DNA from: Eledone cirrhosa
Taxonomy: Eukaryota
NCBI GenBank assembly: GCA_964016885.1
Contig: OZ024745.1
Span: 39,246,001 to 39,310,000 of the forward strand
Direction: 5' to 3'
Length of the DNA: 64,000 nt
Made by a program: the position numbers and the translations under genes
The notes under the pieces: model-generated
The model's database searches: none
What the model saw: the letters and a program-made list of their open reading frames with translations, nothing else
Told to the model about the DNA's origin: nothing
Shown: one piece after another, positions 1 through 14,380 of the stretch
Layout: the number at the start of each line of letters is the position of its first letter
Position numbering within the stretch: position 1 is the first letter of the stretch

Positions 1-1815
1 TTTTTCACGGCCCACTATGGCTATGGCGTTGCAGAGATATAGACACTGTAATGTATCATCGCGTTCCAATGTTTGCGAATAATGAAGCAACAGAAATGTA
101 ATAGCAAGGGTATTGCAAAAAGAATAAATATATTTAGCCATAGAAACGATGTGGTTGTCATAGCAACCGTTGCCATTCAACACAAAACGCACACACATGA
201 GATTGGTAATCATGTTTGGAAATATTGTTTTGTTATAAAATGTACAATCAAACTCTGCAACAAGAAGAATCAGGGAAATACTATTTGTCGACTCTATTCA
301 ACTCCAGCCATTTTCATTACAATGGAGAATACGTCTGCAAATGCAGGTACATGTGATTTATCAGGGTACGTTTTAGGAAAAGTGACAACATTTCAGAGAA
401 AAATATGGTCCCTTTCAAACGTTATGAAAAACCATCCTCGAAGGAGTGGGTGTTCTGAGAGCATAATAAGTTTAAGGAAATATTAAAATCTAATTCTAGA
501 TGGAAATGCCTATATACTGTCATTTAACCTCTAGATCAGACTCGTGCTGATATATCCCATGTTACGAATATTGAATGTTTTTAGTAATTGGTAGTATTAT
601 CAAACAACATTCCCCAGAATTTATACTCTACTAGATTTACTTCAAGCTTTATAACCAAAATCTAGGTTTTCGCAATATATATAAATATCGTTCTAAATAT
701 AGTAATTGAAACACATTTCTCCAGGTGAATGTTTTATATCTCTAATTATATAAACGTTCTCTAAGTTGATATACAGTTATTACATTATTATCATGGCAAT
801 GATATTATCAACACAGCTGAATCCAATTGTCTTGTGAATTATTATGCAATACTCATATTTTAGACAAAAATTATGCCAGAATTTTGTTTGCATATCGTAC
901 ATGCTCTCCTATACGTATGAGAGGATTTTCGAAACGTTGCACATTCATTATGTTTTACATTTCCGATGAAATGTCGACATAATTCCCTGGATTCATATAA
1001 GATTTTAAATCTTTTTTTAAATGAAATATAGCAAGCTTGGCGTCATTAGCTTGGCGTCATTACATAATTGTTTCACATAGCGATATTATTCGAAAAGCTT
1101 TTAAGTTATTTTTCCTGAGAAAGTCTAAAGGATATTTGATTCTAATAAACGAAAGTAAAATCAAAACGCTAAAATTAACTTTTCAATTAATACAGAGTTT
1201 CCATATTAGTATTTACGCTGCACACTGGTAAAAGAATTAATGCTTACACAATACATGAATTGGAGTATTTATCCATTTTATGAGGTAAGGATTATGCAGT
1301 GCCCGGGATCAGCTTTATGCAGCATGTGATGTAATGTTTATGCAGTGCAGGATTAATGTTTACAAAGAAGGTATTTGTCATATCTCCTATCCTATGTTTT
1401 CCCGAAAAACACACAGCTGATGATACACAAACACACACTTTAATTATGATATCGCTTGCCTAAATATGGAATACATGTACGAATGGAAGCACCAACAGTT
1501 TTCAATTTTCTTTTTCATGATTTCACATGAAGTATTCCCTCACAAATATACATTAGTGTATGGAATCCCTGATCTGCCTACCTTCTCCATTTTGTCTTTC
1601 CTACATTTGCCGCATGTTGTTTGGGCCATCAGTTGTTTAATTAAACATAGAGAGCTTAAATATCCAGGGACAGCTGTCTGGCATTGTCATCGCAACTGTG
1701 ATAGCTACAACATGATCGCTGCTTAAAACAAATTCTTGCGGGACTCTCGTATTTTCATTATGTATCCACATATCGTAAATGGTTTTTAATATAAAACCAT
1801 ACGATTATTTATTTT

Positions 1816-1925
1816 AATCCCGCCGAGGTTGACTTTGCCTTTCATCCTTACGGGGTCGATAAAATAAAGTACCAGTAATGCACTGGGTAATTGCTGGCCT
1901 TGTGCCTAAAGTAGAAACAATTATT
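1816..1925 (+). mobile_element. MetaSINE (tRNA-derived), 5'-truncated
   Basis: Meta-like core GCCTTTCATCCTTACGGGGTCGATAAAATAAAGTACCAG and the same 3' end (GGCCTTGTGCCTAAAGTAGAAACAATTATT) as the full copies at 19.7-20.9 kb and 40.2 kb. Confidence 0.85.
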
Positions 1926-4433
1926 TATTTTGTCACAATTTATATTCATAAATGTCACAAACCAAATAATTTCTATCTCCGTTAATTATTTAAATACATT
2001 TCGTATGGTATATTATGTAGTCGTTTTAATTCAATATATATCTACAAATCCCTGCAGCTAGTTAAAGTCATAATTCACGTTGACGTGCAAAGGATGTATG
2101 AAGCTCACAAAACAAAACAAAACAACTAAATTCGAAGGAAATTCCTTGTATTAACATAAAATAAGTCACTGCAATAAACCATCAATCGACGATTTTTTAA
2201 ATTATTTGAAATAAAAGGGATAGGTAAATCAATTCCATTAATAATATAAGGGGCAAACACTGAAAATAAGATAAAATAGAATCACAAACACATATAGAAT
2301 TCGTTCCCAATAACAACACCAAAATTAGCAACATACACTTTTAGTATCACGCATACACATAAAACAACACATAAAACTTTGTGCTGTGAATAATTTATAT
2401 AAAACTTTTTCGTAGCTGCTTATTTCCGTCTATTTTCTTAATGAAAGCTAAAATGTGAATGTCATTCCACGCCAAATCTCTACGTCGAAATGGAATAAAT
2501 TGAAGCTGGCAACGATAAGGGTCTCTATAGGATACAACTTGCCAATATATCTATTATTAGGGACATTCTACGCTTTATATTGGCCGTTTTTCCAGTTAGA
2601 GCTGATCTGTTGAATTAATTGCAATCTGCTTGCTTTATAAAAGTAAATGACCTCGGAATAAAAGTATAACATACAAAGAAACGTACTATCCTATCAAAAG
2701 TGTTTTTTTATCTACAGAATTGTAGTGGACGGTCTTAAGGTTTTTTTCTTTCTCATAATTAACAATAGAATGTGATATATAATAAAGATGATAGTATGAT
2801 ATATGGTAGAATTAATCTCATTTCTACCCCCCCCCCCCCCTACATGATATTGCCTTGAATTTAGCAGCCACCATTCCTTTCCAAACAACCCAAATAGTTA
2901 TCCCGATTGAGAATATATTTCTCCTTCCCGCATACTGCCATTCTATTTTTGAATGAAGATATACATACATATGCGTGTATATGTGAGTGTGTTTATATGT
3001 ATGTGCGCATGCGCTTATGTACAGAGGTAAATAGCTACAAATATGAGACAATCATCCGACCAAGATAACTAATCTACTATTTACTAGTTATGTATACCTA
3101 CGTTGAATGCCTCTCTCTCTACATTAAAACATGTTGGACACTACGTTGAAATATGATGTTTACTGTGTCTTCGTTGATATTAAATGTGACTGTACAAAAT
3201 TGTGGGTCAATGGGACAACATGGTAGAGAAATCAATGTTCAGCTGGCTGAGCATTCTGCAGATAAGTCTAAGGAAGATTCAGCTTGATATTCTATGTGAT
3301 ATACTACATTTATAACTGGTGACGTTTGCAACTGAGAAAAACAGAGTAGACTTTATTCCAACACCCAATATGTCTCGGGGAACGCCTAATCAATTTCATT
3401 CTTTTTAGACATCCGAATTGAAGATATTTTCCTCTGGTACCATAAATTTTAATCTAAAATGTATAACTCTTTTCAGATTGCCTGGAGGTCATCAACAATT
3501 CCGAAGCCTCATTTCAGAGTTTCTTATATCTTATATGGTAAATTAGTTCTAGTTGGTAAAAATGCTATGTATTTGACATTTCCCAATAATCGCTGACATT
3601 TTACACACGTCTTTAGTTTATGTAAAGATATATGGATAATTCAGCAATGGAATTTAGACGGTTTACAAGGTGGCTGAATGAGGAGTCTCGTGCTGATTTT
3701 AAGTCTGGATATATAAACTATTTCAATATTTCTATTGATAGAACGATGTTTGAAAAAATAAGATTACTACATATAGTATTGCTTTCTTTGTTTCACCAGA
3801 ATCTCTTATTTTCAAGTAGTCTATCGTAACATTATTCCATTCTAATCAATGATCCATGTAGTTTGTTTTTCATAGAATATAGGGTGCCAATTATTTCCCA
3901 TCTCCAGCTCTACTTTTTAATTATAAGTAATTTAAGCACATGATGGAGTACTTTATCATATATAAGATCACTGTTTGCCTGCAGACCCAGGGGAGATATG
4001 TAAATACGTTGCGTATTTAGATCCAGAATACCATATTACCCAACATTATACAACGTATGTACCACGTTACGGTGTGTGTTGAAACATGCACCCTGACATC
4101 AAAAGATTGACTGGATTTAACAGCATTATTTTATCTCATATGTTAAAATCAGAGAACACAACATTTGACATTTACATTTTAAAATATATCACCGTTTAAT
4201 ATAGAATTAAAACATAAAATACATTTCAATATTAAAAATGATATGTTTGAAAATGTTCAAATATAAAATTATATACTGCCCTGGGTGAAAAACATTATAA
4301 ACATCTATTATTGCTTCTTGATATTAATTCTAAAAAAAAACATATATATATTATATATATCAAAATCTTACAGCCGCTGTATCAGCTAATAAAATCCAAA
4401 ATTTTTACCGTCGTTATATGCAATATGTAATTA

Positions 4434-4546
4434 CACACACACACACACATACACACACGCACACACACACACCCACATACACACACACACACCCACACAC
4501 CCCACATCCACACCCACATACACACACACACACACTTGCACACACA
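4434..4546. repeat. Imperfect (CA)n microsatellite
   Basis: Seen directly. Confidence 0.95.
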
Positions 4547-5409
4547 TATATGATCCACGTCTGTTTATGTGACAGACATTGCCATGAAGTTGAGCTATTG
4601 ATTTGGAACTATGTGTCTTTATGATTAATATTACGGTGTAGTAGCCTAGACAAGCATCATTCCCAACAAATACACATAGCACTATCAGCATTATCAATGA
4701 AATCCACTCAACTTTACATGTATTGAAGCCTGTCAAATGACACGCATACCGACTAGGATGGTAGATTTAAACCCTCTCCTAGTTGAATACCCGCAGATGT
4801 ATTCATGTATTTCAACAAATAATCTAATAGGTACCTTTATCTTGTCTTGGAAGACACAGGAAACATAATTCAAACATGAACTACGCCTCCGTTGTGGGAC
4901 AATTTGGTGAAAGGAAAAAGGTAGGTAATTCTAAATGAGATATTGTGGCAGCGGATATTGTGGCAGCACGAAAACATAACTGAACTGCAGAGTCGGATCT
5001 TTATTAATAATCGATCTTATATTTGATACCAGTGACAGAAATATACACTTGAACACTTTTAAAATTTAAAACCCCAGGATACTTTGCTATAATCATTTTC
5101 TTTTTTTGTAAGGTCATCAACGGTCAGACACATTCACACACGAACATACACACACATACACACACATACCCCCCCCCCCCATATATATATATATGTATTA
5201 AATTATCCACCCTCATGAAACCGTTTATCTCACTATTACCGTATAAGTATGCACTCTGCTTCTGATGTTGATTGCTATCCTAATGATGCTGGCTTAATTA
5301 AAGCATTGATTGAGTGACATAACGGTCGGATATACACCAGTTCTTCCGATGATTTCGTTTCAATATGATTATTATTTTTTTTTTATATATATAATTTTTC
5401 TCACTCAAT

Positions 5410-6470
5410 CATTCCAGTGATGGTGGTGGGCACAGAGACGTTAAGCTTGCCTTCCAGTGGGTCCTGTGAGAAACAACCATTCCCAACTGGTTTGATTGGG
5501 TCCCCAATTGAGACAATCGGTTCTAATATATGTTGTCCATAGGACATAAGGACATCACAATGGAGGCTCCTGCTGGTTGGTTTCATTCCTAAAACATTAT
5601 ATTCATATGTCTGTAATCTCTCAATTCGGGAGAAATAGCAGCTTTTCATAGATTGTCCTTCTGATCTCCTGGCTTTGCTCTTTATCGAATAAAGCTTCTT
5701 CTTCTTTCGGTAGCTCGTATTCAGGATCGTAAAATTTGGCACATTAAACAAGATTCCTGGCCATATCTAAAGTTTGGTACAAACAACAAATTGAAGATAT
5801 TTGATCCGCTCCACCCCCTTCTGTGCATCGTCACATGCTTGTACACTGCAGAAGCTTCCTTGAGTGAAGGAATGAATTCGCTTTACTGCTCTTCATTCCG
5901 GTGCACACGGCGTTAAACCTATGAAATGGATGTTGAAAATAACGTTCTCACGACGTAAGTAATACCATGGCACCTGCTTATTCCAGTCAACCGATCCTAC
6001 AACCATTAGTCCTGATACTACTTCCAATCTGGCTGTACATGCCAATCCCCATCATGAAAATTATAAACAGATGAGACAGTAAGCCACTTTGTCGTAGTCC
6101 GTCTCCCACATTGAATAATTTCGATTTAGCAGCATTAATCCGAACACAAATAATAAGGCACTCCTATAGAGAAATCAATGGCACAAGAAGGTGGCCATCG
6201 GTCACATACTCATGCAGAACCTTCCACATTAGATCCCATGGAACGCAATCATATACCATTTCGTGGTCTACAAAGCAAGCATGGCAGCAATTTCAAGATT
6301 TCTCAACGAATTTCTGCATTGTGAATGGTTGGTAGGACGTGCGGGATCCGTTACAAAATGCACACTGTTTGTCATTATTAATACATCTTCTTTTCAGACA
6401 CTTAACAGAGAATATATCGGCGAGTCTTAAGATATCTCTATATTTGGAGCAATCTATCTTGTCACTAGGT
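5410..6470 (-). mobile_element. Old degenerate RTE-clade (Rex3/Expander-like) LINE, RT to 3' end
   Basis: Manual minus-strand translation: CFVDHEMVYDCVPWDLMWKVLHEY..GHLLVPLISL, CVRINAAKSKLFNVGDGLRQSGLLSHLFIIFM and C-terminal LGTQSNQLGMVVSHRTHWKASLTSLCPP, resembling RTE RT blocks; many stops and frameshifts. Confidence 0.7.
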
Positions 6471-7233
6471 AGTATAGTAGAATACCTTATTTGCTGACCT
6501 GTCGTGGGATTGCAAGCGTTGGTAAGTTCTAGAAGGAAGACCTATTTCCAAACAAATATTAGTAACACTCATTCTTGGTTCGCATGTCATCTTTGATTTC
6601 TTGACCTAGGGGTCCTCCTGCCACCGGGCACAAAATCAAGCCATTTGCTCTCATCATTTAACCTCAGAAGAATAAACTGTCTAACTGGGTAAGCGCCAGT
6701 CATTTTGAAAATCCTCAGTTTGCACAGGGAATTCTCTGAATTTGGTGCAATTGTATCCGTACACGTGACCCTGTCTGCATTATTGCCAACGCTGCGTAAT
6801 TTAACTTGTAGGCTATATATATATACATTTAGCAGAAGCCAAACGGAAATCCCCACGTTGGTGTTGTGCTTCCAGTCATTGGAAAGAAACAAATAACAAC
6901 AAAAGTAGCAATCCAAAAAGAATCGCCAGATTTCATCTATGAATGGGAAACCTTCAGTACGAATATTCTAGAATATACAATCGGGGCTGCATACGGGGCG
7001 TGTGCGGTTAACATTTAAAATGTTTGTCACAAGTAAATGTAATAAATCATATGGATATTAAACACAGACACGTGCCGTGATAGATAAAAAAAGGTATATA
7101 TCTTGAACAAAAATATAACTTAACACATAAAGTAATAAAAACTACGATAGTTAACTTGATTAAATATAATGTAGCATTTGCAATATGTTTATTATTATAC
7201 GTAGTAATATTATTATTATTATTATTGTTATTG

Positions 7234-7367
7234 TTCTTTGAGTCGCTGTCATTGGTGTTATTTAACTGGAAAGTCTGTTGAAATGAATATCATGCCACTA
7301 CCAGCAGCCTCAGGCATTCAGGACGTATAGGAGGGTTCTTGATGTTCCAAGCAAGCATGCCTTTTGA
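7234..7367 (-). mobile_element. R4/Dong family A, 3'-terminal fragment
   Basis: Highly similar to the 3' ends at 10567-10700 and 36795-36926; flanked by (ATT)n. Confidence 0.85.
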
Positions 7368-7380
7368 ATTATAATTATTA

Positions 7381-9360
7381 TCTGGTTACTGGAAGCTGAA
7401 CGCGTCTTTCCCGCCGCTCAAAGCCTACAGAGACCGGATTAGCGTATTAGTTAAGCAGGCGTTGACGGGAGCGGGCGTCAACAACAGGTGGTGGTTCGCC
7501 CTGAAAAGGGCAATTAAAGTAGAGTCGATTAGGTTTAGCAAAGGAGTAGTGATAGAGGAAAATAGAGTAGAGAGAGAGCTAGTCAGAAAGCTAGATGAGG
7601 CGTTTAGGACAGGCATCGCAACCGACGTGCTTGCGGCGAGATTGGCACTCGACCAATTCTTCAACGCAAAACACGAAGGCTGTGTTGTCAGAGCTAGAGC
7701 AGCCCTTCTCTGAAACACGAGGGGACAAAAGCCGTCCAATGGGCCCGGGTGGCCGAGGCGCGACGTGGCAACAAAGCCACAATTCGGTCTTTGTCTGACC
7801 AAAACGGGTGCGTGATGCTCGAACCTGAGCCGATGTGTGAAGCTTTCCAGAGCACTTTGCTGAACTGTTCGGGAGCGTCTGCGGCCCGGATCGGGGCATG
7901 GATTTCAGTGCATACCTCGACGGACTGCCTCGGCTCTCGACGACCGCAGCACATTGTTGCGAAGAGTCAATAAAAGCCGGTGAAATATGGGAAGCGATGG
8001 CTAACTGCACAAGGGGTAAATTGCCAGGTTTAGATGGTCTGCCCTACGAGCTTTATGCATTTATGCCAGACTTGTTCGGTGACCTCTTGGCAGACGTCTA
8101 CTGCAACTGGCAGCAGAACGGGAGCATTCCCAGTTTTGTGAGCCGGGGAGCAGTGGGGCTGCTGAGAAAAGACCCGAACAAGGGGGTTGTTATCGATAAT
8201 TTCATGTCCATAACTCTGCTAACCACAGAGTTCAAGATTTTGGCCAAGGTGTTAGCAACGAGGTTGGCGCTTGTCATCAAGCGTCTGATGGGAGAGGCGC
8301 AGAAATGCGCCATTCCGGACAGATCCATACACGACAACCTCCACCTTATGCGATACTTCATAGAGAGGGTGGTTAAGGAACCTGGCAAGGGTGGGGCCCT
8401 GATCAACTTGGATCAATCCAAAGCATTCGAGAGAGTCGACCATCAGTACCTGGCGGTAGTCCTCGAGGCAGCTGGTTTCCGGCCCGTTTTCAGGGGTTGG
8501 ATCGCAGCAATGTACAGCGACATATGCTCAGTTGTGAGGGTGAACGGTCACCTGTCGCAGCCATTCTGCAGCATGCGCTCAGTCCGCCAGGGTTTTCCTA
8601 TCTCGTCCCTCTTGTACGTATTGGCTCTCGAGCCGTTATTGCACAAACTGTGGGCGATGAGCTGCGTCCCACGCGAACTAGGATGCGTGAAATCCGAGTA
8701 GGCTTACGCTTGTGGAGCTATGTCGAACAGTTGCTGTCGCGTGTGGGTCTGATCCGGTTGTCGACTGAGTCCATTGTGCATATGGTCTCGTCGTCTTCCT
8801 TCGATGAGGAAGGGCTGGCGGTTTTCATCTGCCTGGTGGCCATGGCGAAAGAGATTGTATTAAAAGGATTAAAGACAGACACTTTCCCTCTTCGGTAAAT
8901 CCCTAATTAACTTTTTCAAGTTTCACTTGAAGAGGAAAATCAGGGCGGAGAGGCAAGTGCTGCTTTCTAGCAAGTCTGTTGAAAGGTGGGTGAATGTAGC
9001 GAGAATGGTCCGAGTGAACGGGACTACTCTGAATATACGTCTGTAGTTTGAGTGATGGAAAAATTGAGAGAGGGCGCTTGCCCTGGTGGTCAGGGTGGCC
9101 GTGGTGTTTTGTGTGGTTTTCGCCACGAGTAACCCTCGGAGGTTTCCCCCCTATTGGGGAATTTTTCATTGTTTCAATTTTCATTTTTATTGTTTTTATA
9201 TATATATATGTTTCTATGTCCTATTTTCTTTTCTTATATAAATAATAAAAATATCTACACTTACCAAACCCACATCGCACAGTTCTCTACCGTCCTGTAC
9301 CGTCCTGTGCCCTCTATAATGTTTTTCGTTATGTCAGCCCTTGTGGCCAATAAAGAAATC
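7381..9360 (+). mobile_element. L1/Tx1 LINE, (ATT)n-associated, 5'-truncated with an internal deletion of about 1 kb near 8700
   Basis: Starts at GYWKLN; RT blocks (ITLLTTEFKILAK, LDQSKAFERVDH, SVRQGFPIS); jumps before YADD to LWSYVEQLL; ends GCCCTTGTGGCCAATAAAGAAATC then (ATT)n. Confidence 0.92.
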
Positions 9361-9386
9361 ATTATTATTATTATTATTATTATTAT

Positions 9387-10521
9387 AACAGTTGCATTTA
9401 TCTTCCTTTATGTTCATACGAGTTATCACCAAGTCACAACCAGTGACCTCAAGAGACAACAAGGTCCGCCACGTTCAAGAAAGAACATACATACTCACAC
9501 ATGCATCTTTAGTGTTTAGACTTGTGATGTACTTATATTGACAGAATCTTCCTTAGTATATGGGCAGTTCCCATTAGTACTATCTTTTGTATTTCTCCTA
9601 TACGCGGGTTTCCTGGGATTTGCGATAAGTAATCATTAGACCCCTTAGGTATCATTCCCAGAGTGCCTACAACCACTGGTATTGTTTTAGTTCTCAATTT
9701 CAACATTTTTCCAATTTCTATCTCCAGGTCCTTATACTTGCTCAATTTTTCAAATGTTTTCATAGATACATTCTTGTCTATTGGAACGGATATATCAATT
9801 AGCAGGCATACCCTCATTTTAAAGTCCTTCAATATTATATCAGCTCTATTTGCATCTATTTTTCGGTCTGTTTGGATGCTAAAGTTCCACAAGATTGAGA
9901 TGTGATCTTTTTCAAGTATGGGAGGTGGTTGATGCTCCCACCAATTCTGTTGATGGGGCAGGTCAAAATACTTACACTTTATCCAATGTATGTATTGTGC
10001 AGCTCTGTCATTCCTGTTTAGGTATTCGGTTGGAGCTATAGGACTGCACATTGAAATTATATGGTCAATGGTCTCTGGTTGTATTTTGCATACACGGAAT
10101 AACGGAATAAGACTTTATATCCATGTTTTGTTTCATTGAGCATTTTACTTAATGGTATGAGTACGATGCAGAATAAAAGCGGTGATAAAGAGTCACCCTG
10201 AAAAATTCCACAATTAATAATAACATCTCCATCTTCCAGTGATTTTGTTTCACTATTCAAAAGGAGTGACGTTTTCCATGTCTTCATACTGAATGACAAA
10301 AACCTCCTGACAACGGGGGATATTTTGAAAATCTCTAAACATTTTTCAATCCAACTGTGTGGCAAACTATCGAATGTTTTTTTATAATCTATCCAAGCAA
10401 TCGATAGATTTTTATGTCTATTATGACAATCTTCCAGTATCATTTTGTTAACCAAAAGCTGATCCTTACAGCCATATGAGCCTCGTTTACACCCTTTCTG
10501 CTCAATGGGAAATAGGTCATT
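9387..10521 (-). mobile_element. R4/Dong family B non-LTR element (RT fragment plus RLE endonuclease), internally deleted
   Basis: ORF 10057-10587 has EQKGC, WIDYKKTFDSLPHSWI, GIFQGDSLSPLLF; ORF 9533-10051 has the RHD-like RND, NRADI..D, KLSKYKDL, GTAHILRKIL of the restriction-like endonuclease; (ATT)n on both sides. Confidence 0.9.
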
Positions 10522-10532
10522 TATTATTATTA

Positions 10533-10566
<34 letters not shown>

Positions 10567-10567
<1 letters not shown>

Positions 10568-12209
10568 GTTCTTTGAGTCTCAGTCATTGATGTTATTTAA
10601 CTGGAAAGTTTGGTGAAATGAATATCAAGCCACTACCTGCAGCCCCAGATATTCAGGACGTATCGGAGGGTTCTTGCTGTTTCCAGCAAGCATGCCTTTT
10701 GAGGTGTTCCAAAAAAGCGGGACGGGACCAATTTTCTTTAACCATACTTGGAAACTCTTGAGATAGTACCTAGTGCGCCTATGACAATCGGGACCACTAT
10801 GACCTCATGGCAGTTCCAAATCCTTTTTACCTCCCACTTTAAGTCCTGGTATCGGTTAATTTTCTCCCTCTCCTTCTCTTGCACTCTCGTGTCGAATGGG
10901 CAGGCCACATCCACAATCAGGCACGATCTTTTTCCCTTGTCCAAAACGACCAGGTCAGGTCTATTGTGTTCCAGTTTCTTGTCCACATGTATCCTAAAAT
11001 CCCACAGCACCCTCACCTGATCGTTTTCCATCACCGACTCTGGCTTATGCTCTTACCACTTCTCAGAATGTGGTAAATTGTTTACTTTGCATAGGTGCCA
11101 GTGGATCACACTTCCCATCACATCATCTCCCCAGTCGTTATAGTGAGTCTGGGCTAGGTGTTTACACTCGGATACAACGTGAGCCACAATCTCCTCTCTC
11201 TCTCTCCACAGATCCTACATACTGGGCTAGCCTCCTCCTTGTAAATATGGTGTTTCAGCCATTTCGTTTTGTGGGCCTGCTCTTGCGCAGCCATTAGCAT
11301 TCGTTCTGTAGCCTTTTTAAGGTCTCCTCTCTTCAACTAGGTCCGTGTCTGTGGATATCTAAATTCAGTTTTCTCAAAGAAGGCACTATGAAGGGATGTT
11401 CATGATGGTTGCTCTTTCTCCATGTTGTTATTTCCTCCTTGGACATCCCCTCGTCTATTGTCCTTTCCTTCAGTACAATTCTGAGCATTGGCTCCATACT
11501 ATCAGTCACGTATTTGTGTAGGTTGTTTTTCTCCATCTGAACACAGTCCTCTATGCTGATAAGATCTCTTCCACCTTCAGATATCCTTAAGTAGAGCCTA
11601 TCGACATCACTCCATTTGTGGAACGTGTTGTAATATAGTCAACAGCTTCCTAGTCTTCCTATCCATTTCTTTTTGTTCAGCAACATTCCATCTCAGAATT
11701 CCCGCACTGTACCTAATAATAGACACACCTCGGGAATTTACTGCACTCCTGGCATCCCTACTGTTCAGATGTGACTTTAATACGCACCTTACTCTCCGAA
11801 TGTATTCAGATCTTATCAATTCCTTCATTTTTGTTCTTGATGTCATCAGCCTCCAGAACACTTAAATAAATATATCGCTCTTCAGTATCAATTTATTTTA
11901 TCATCTCATATGTTGGTACCTGGATTCCGTTGCTTCTGCTCAATTTACCCCTCTTCATCACAAGGATTCCACACTTACTAATACCAAATTGCATACATAT
12001 ATCATTGTTGAAAATACGGACAGTGTCAACAAGCACATTCAACTATTTCTCACTCTTCACGACGAGCTTAAGATCGTCGCAGTATAATGGTAAGGGGGAT
12101 CAGGGCAAGGACAAACTACAGAGGGGACAAAGTATCTCCCTGGAAGATACCTCTCTTGATCCTCACGCCTTCCAAGGTTTCTCCGCCCGATGTTATCTCT
12201 GTTTTCCAT
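10567..12209 (-). mobile_element. R4/Dong family A, 5'-truncated, frameshifted
   Basis: Fragments CRICGERE zinc finger, HNRPDLVVLD, DVACPFD, KINRYQDL; (ATT)n on both sides. Confidence 0.92.
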
Positions 12210-12448
12210 GATTATTAGTATTATTATTATTATTGGCGAACTACGTAGGAAATCGTATTATCGTGAAATCCGCAAAGGTTTGTTGTTTTCAGTTGTTTCA
12301 AATTGCCAGTTATGGAAATCTTTTGTTGTTAAGTGTTTATAAGTTCACATATATGGCTTTCTGAAAGGGACACTCAAAAAGATTGGGGCCTTGAGCCCCA
12401 AATTTAAACTTTTATAATTATCAAACAAAAACTTTCTTTGAAAAAATC

Positions 12449-14380
12449 ATGGGCGGCTCTCAGCCACACAAATATGAAAGCCTTCCTCACAAACTAACAC
12501 CTCACACTAATACGTCCATTGTAAATATTACTACGGTTGCCAACACTAAAAATATAAGCAGTGGTAATAATATAAATTTGTCACATACAGACATTCATTC
12601 CCGGCCATTACCAATAACTGCAGGTGTTAAAGACGCCACCACCACAGTGACAACGGAAACAAAAAAAAAATTATTATCTCGTGACATCGAAATGGATTCA
12701 CTTAGAATCGACTATTCCACGCCGAAAACCACTGACACCACCACCACCACCACCACCACCACCACAACTGAAACTAAAAATAATAACAAAACTAACAATA
12801 ATAACGACAGCATCAACAACAACAACAATGAGAATAACAACAACAGCAACACAAACGCAAAACAAAATGTGCCGTTTGCCAAAACAGCCAAGAAAAGCGA
12901 AATAATCGAGGTAAGCCAGGATGAATTAAATGAAGCCAAGCGAATGGTAAACAAAGATGTGTACAGGGTCACCCCCTCCCACAATCTAATAAAATGGAGC
13001 GTAGGCGCGTATGCACCGTGTCATATCGGGCGATACACACAAAATCACGCCGAACGGGCATCCGAGTCCCAGATACAAAAGCTTTGGGACATGTGTGGGC
13101 AAAACAAAACCCATATCAGACGTGGGCAGAAACATGGACCCGTGGACGTGTTCTTTGGAACCCCACAGGAAGCCAGAGAACACTCCATGGCCCCATTAAG
13201 AAGTGACGAATTCACACTCGTCCCAAGCTATTGTGGTCAGAGACTCGTGAAGATCAGGGTGACCAACGTTTCGTGGGCCATCGAAATTCCCTGGATAATG
13301 GCTGCCATCCTCGCGGCCATCGAGGCCAACACGAACATAATTGAGCTAACAATAGAAAAGCAGGAGAACAGGTCCGGATTTGGAATGGAGCTCCTGATCT
13401 AAGCGGACCAAAGAAACATTGAGGAAATTCCAGAAGTGATAGACCTCAATGACGGCAGCCACCTCACCATAATCGTTGAGGGTAAAAGGCCTAGCTGTGT
13501 CGTTTGTGGCGGAGGAACCCACCTAAAGGTTTTCTGCCATCAGGCTAAAAGGTTGAGGCCACCTCTCCTACTCACCCAAGTGACACAACCATCAACACCA
13601 CCAGCAGCAGAAATGGCAGCAACAACAGAAGGAAATGTAGCAGCAACAACCCCAGCAACAGTAGCAAATCCAACACCACCACCACCACCGCGCCAGAATT
13701 AGCACCAGCGCCTCCACCATCCACCATGCTACAACCAAAACCAAACCCTGCGCATGATTTTCCACTCCCGACCTATCCCAACTGCAGAGAGATTGTGACG
13801 ATGAGGTGGAGTGGCAAATGGAATCAGGAAAAAAAGAAAAAGAAAAAAAGAACCCCGAAAAGAAAAAAATCCTCTTCCTTCGCCCTCCAAAAACAAACTG
13901 CAGGGGGAAACAAATAAGCAAACAGAAAATTTAAGACAGCTATGCCACCACCCACCCCAGCATCACCAGCCCCATCACCACAAACACCAACACCATCACC
14001 ATCATTGACCCCACAACCACCATCACCAACACGACAAAAATCACCAAAAAGCGAAACAGAAACAAACCCACAACCAACTAAAACAAAACAAAACGACCTA
14101 AACGATACACACTACACAGCATTAAATGTGAACAACAACCAATTATTACACTACACCCAAAACAACACCAGTACCACAGAAAAAGACTACACAACACCCC
14201 AAACATTCACACCACCTCCACACATAGAAATCACTCGCATCACACAGAAAACGTACACGACACTAAAACAAAAATTACCCAAGGATATCGAAGACTTCCG
14301 ACAAACAGTCTCCAGGAGGATTTATAAGGACATCCTTCCGGAGGAGGCCACAAGCATTGAAAAGAATGGAGAAACCTGCG
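12449..14380 (+). pseudogene. Tx1 ORF1 (CCHC zinc-knuckle nucleic-acid-binding protein), disrupted
   Basis: ORFs 12449-13402, 13436-13702 and 13942-14430 are collinear with ORF1 of the element at 52866-54620. Confidence 0.85.

Noticed and set aside
73-486. 137-aa ORF and other short ORFs in 1-7 kb and 21-31 kb
   Set aside because: No recognisable motifs or splice support; expected by chance in intronic DNA
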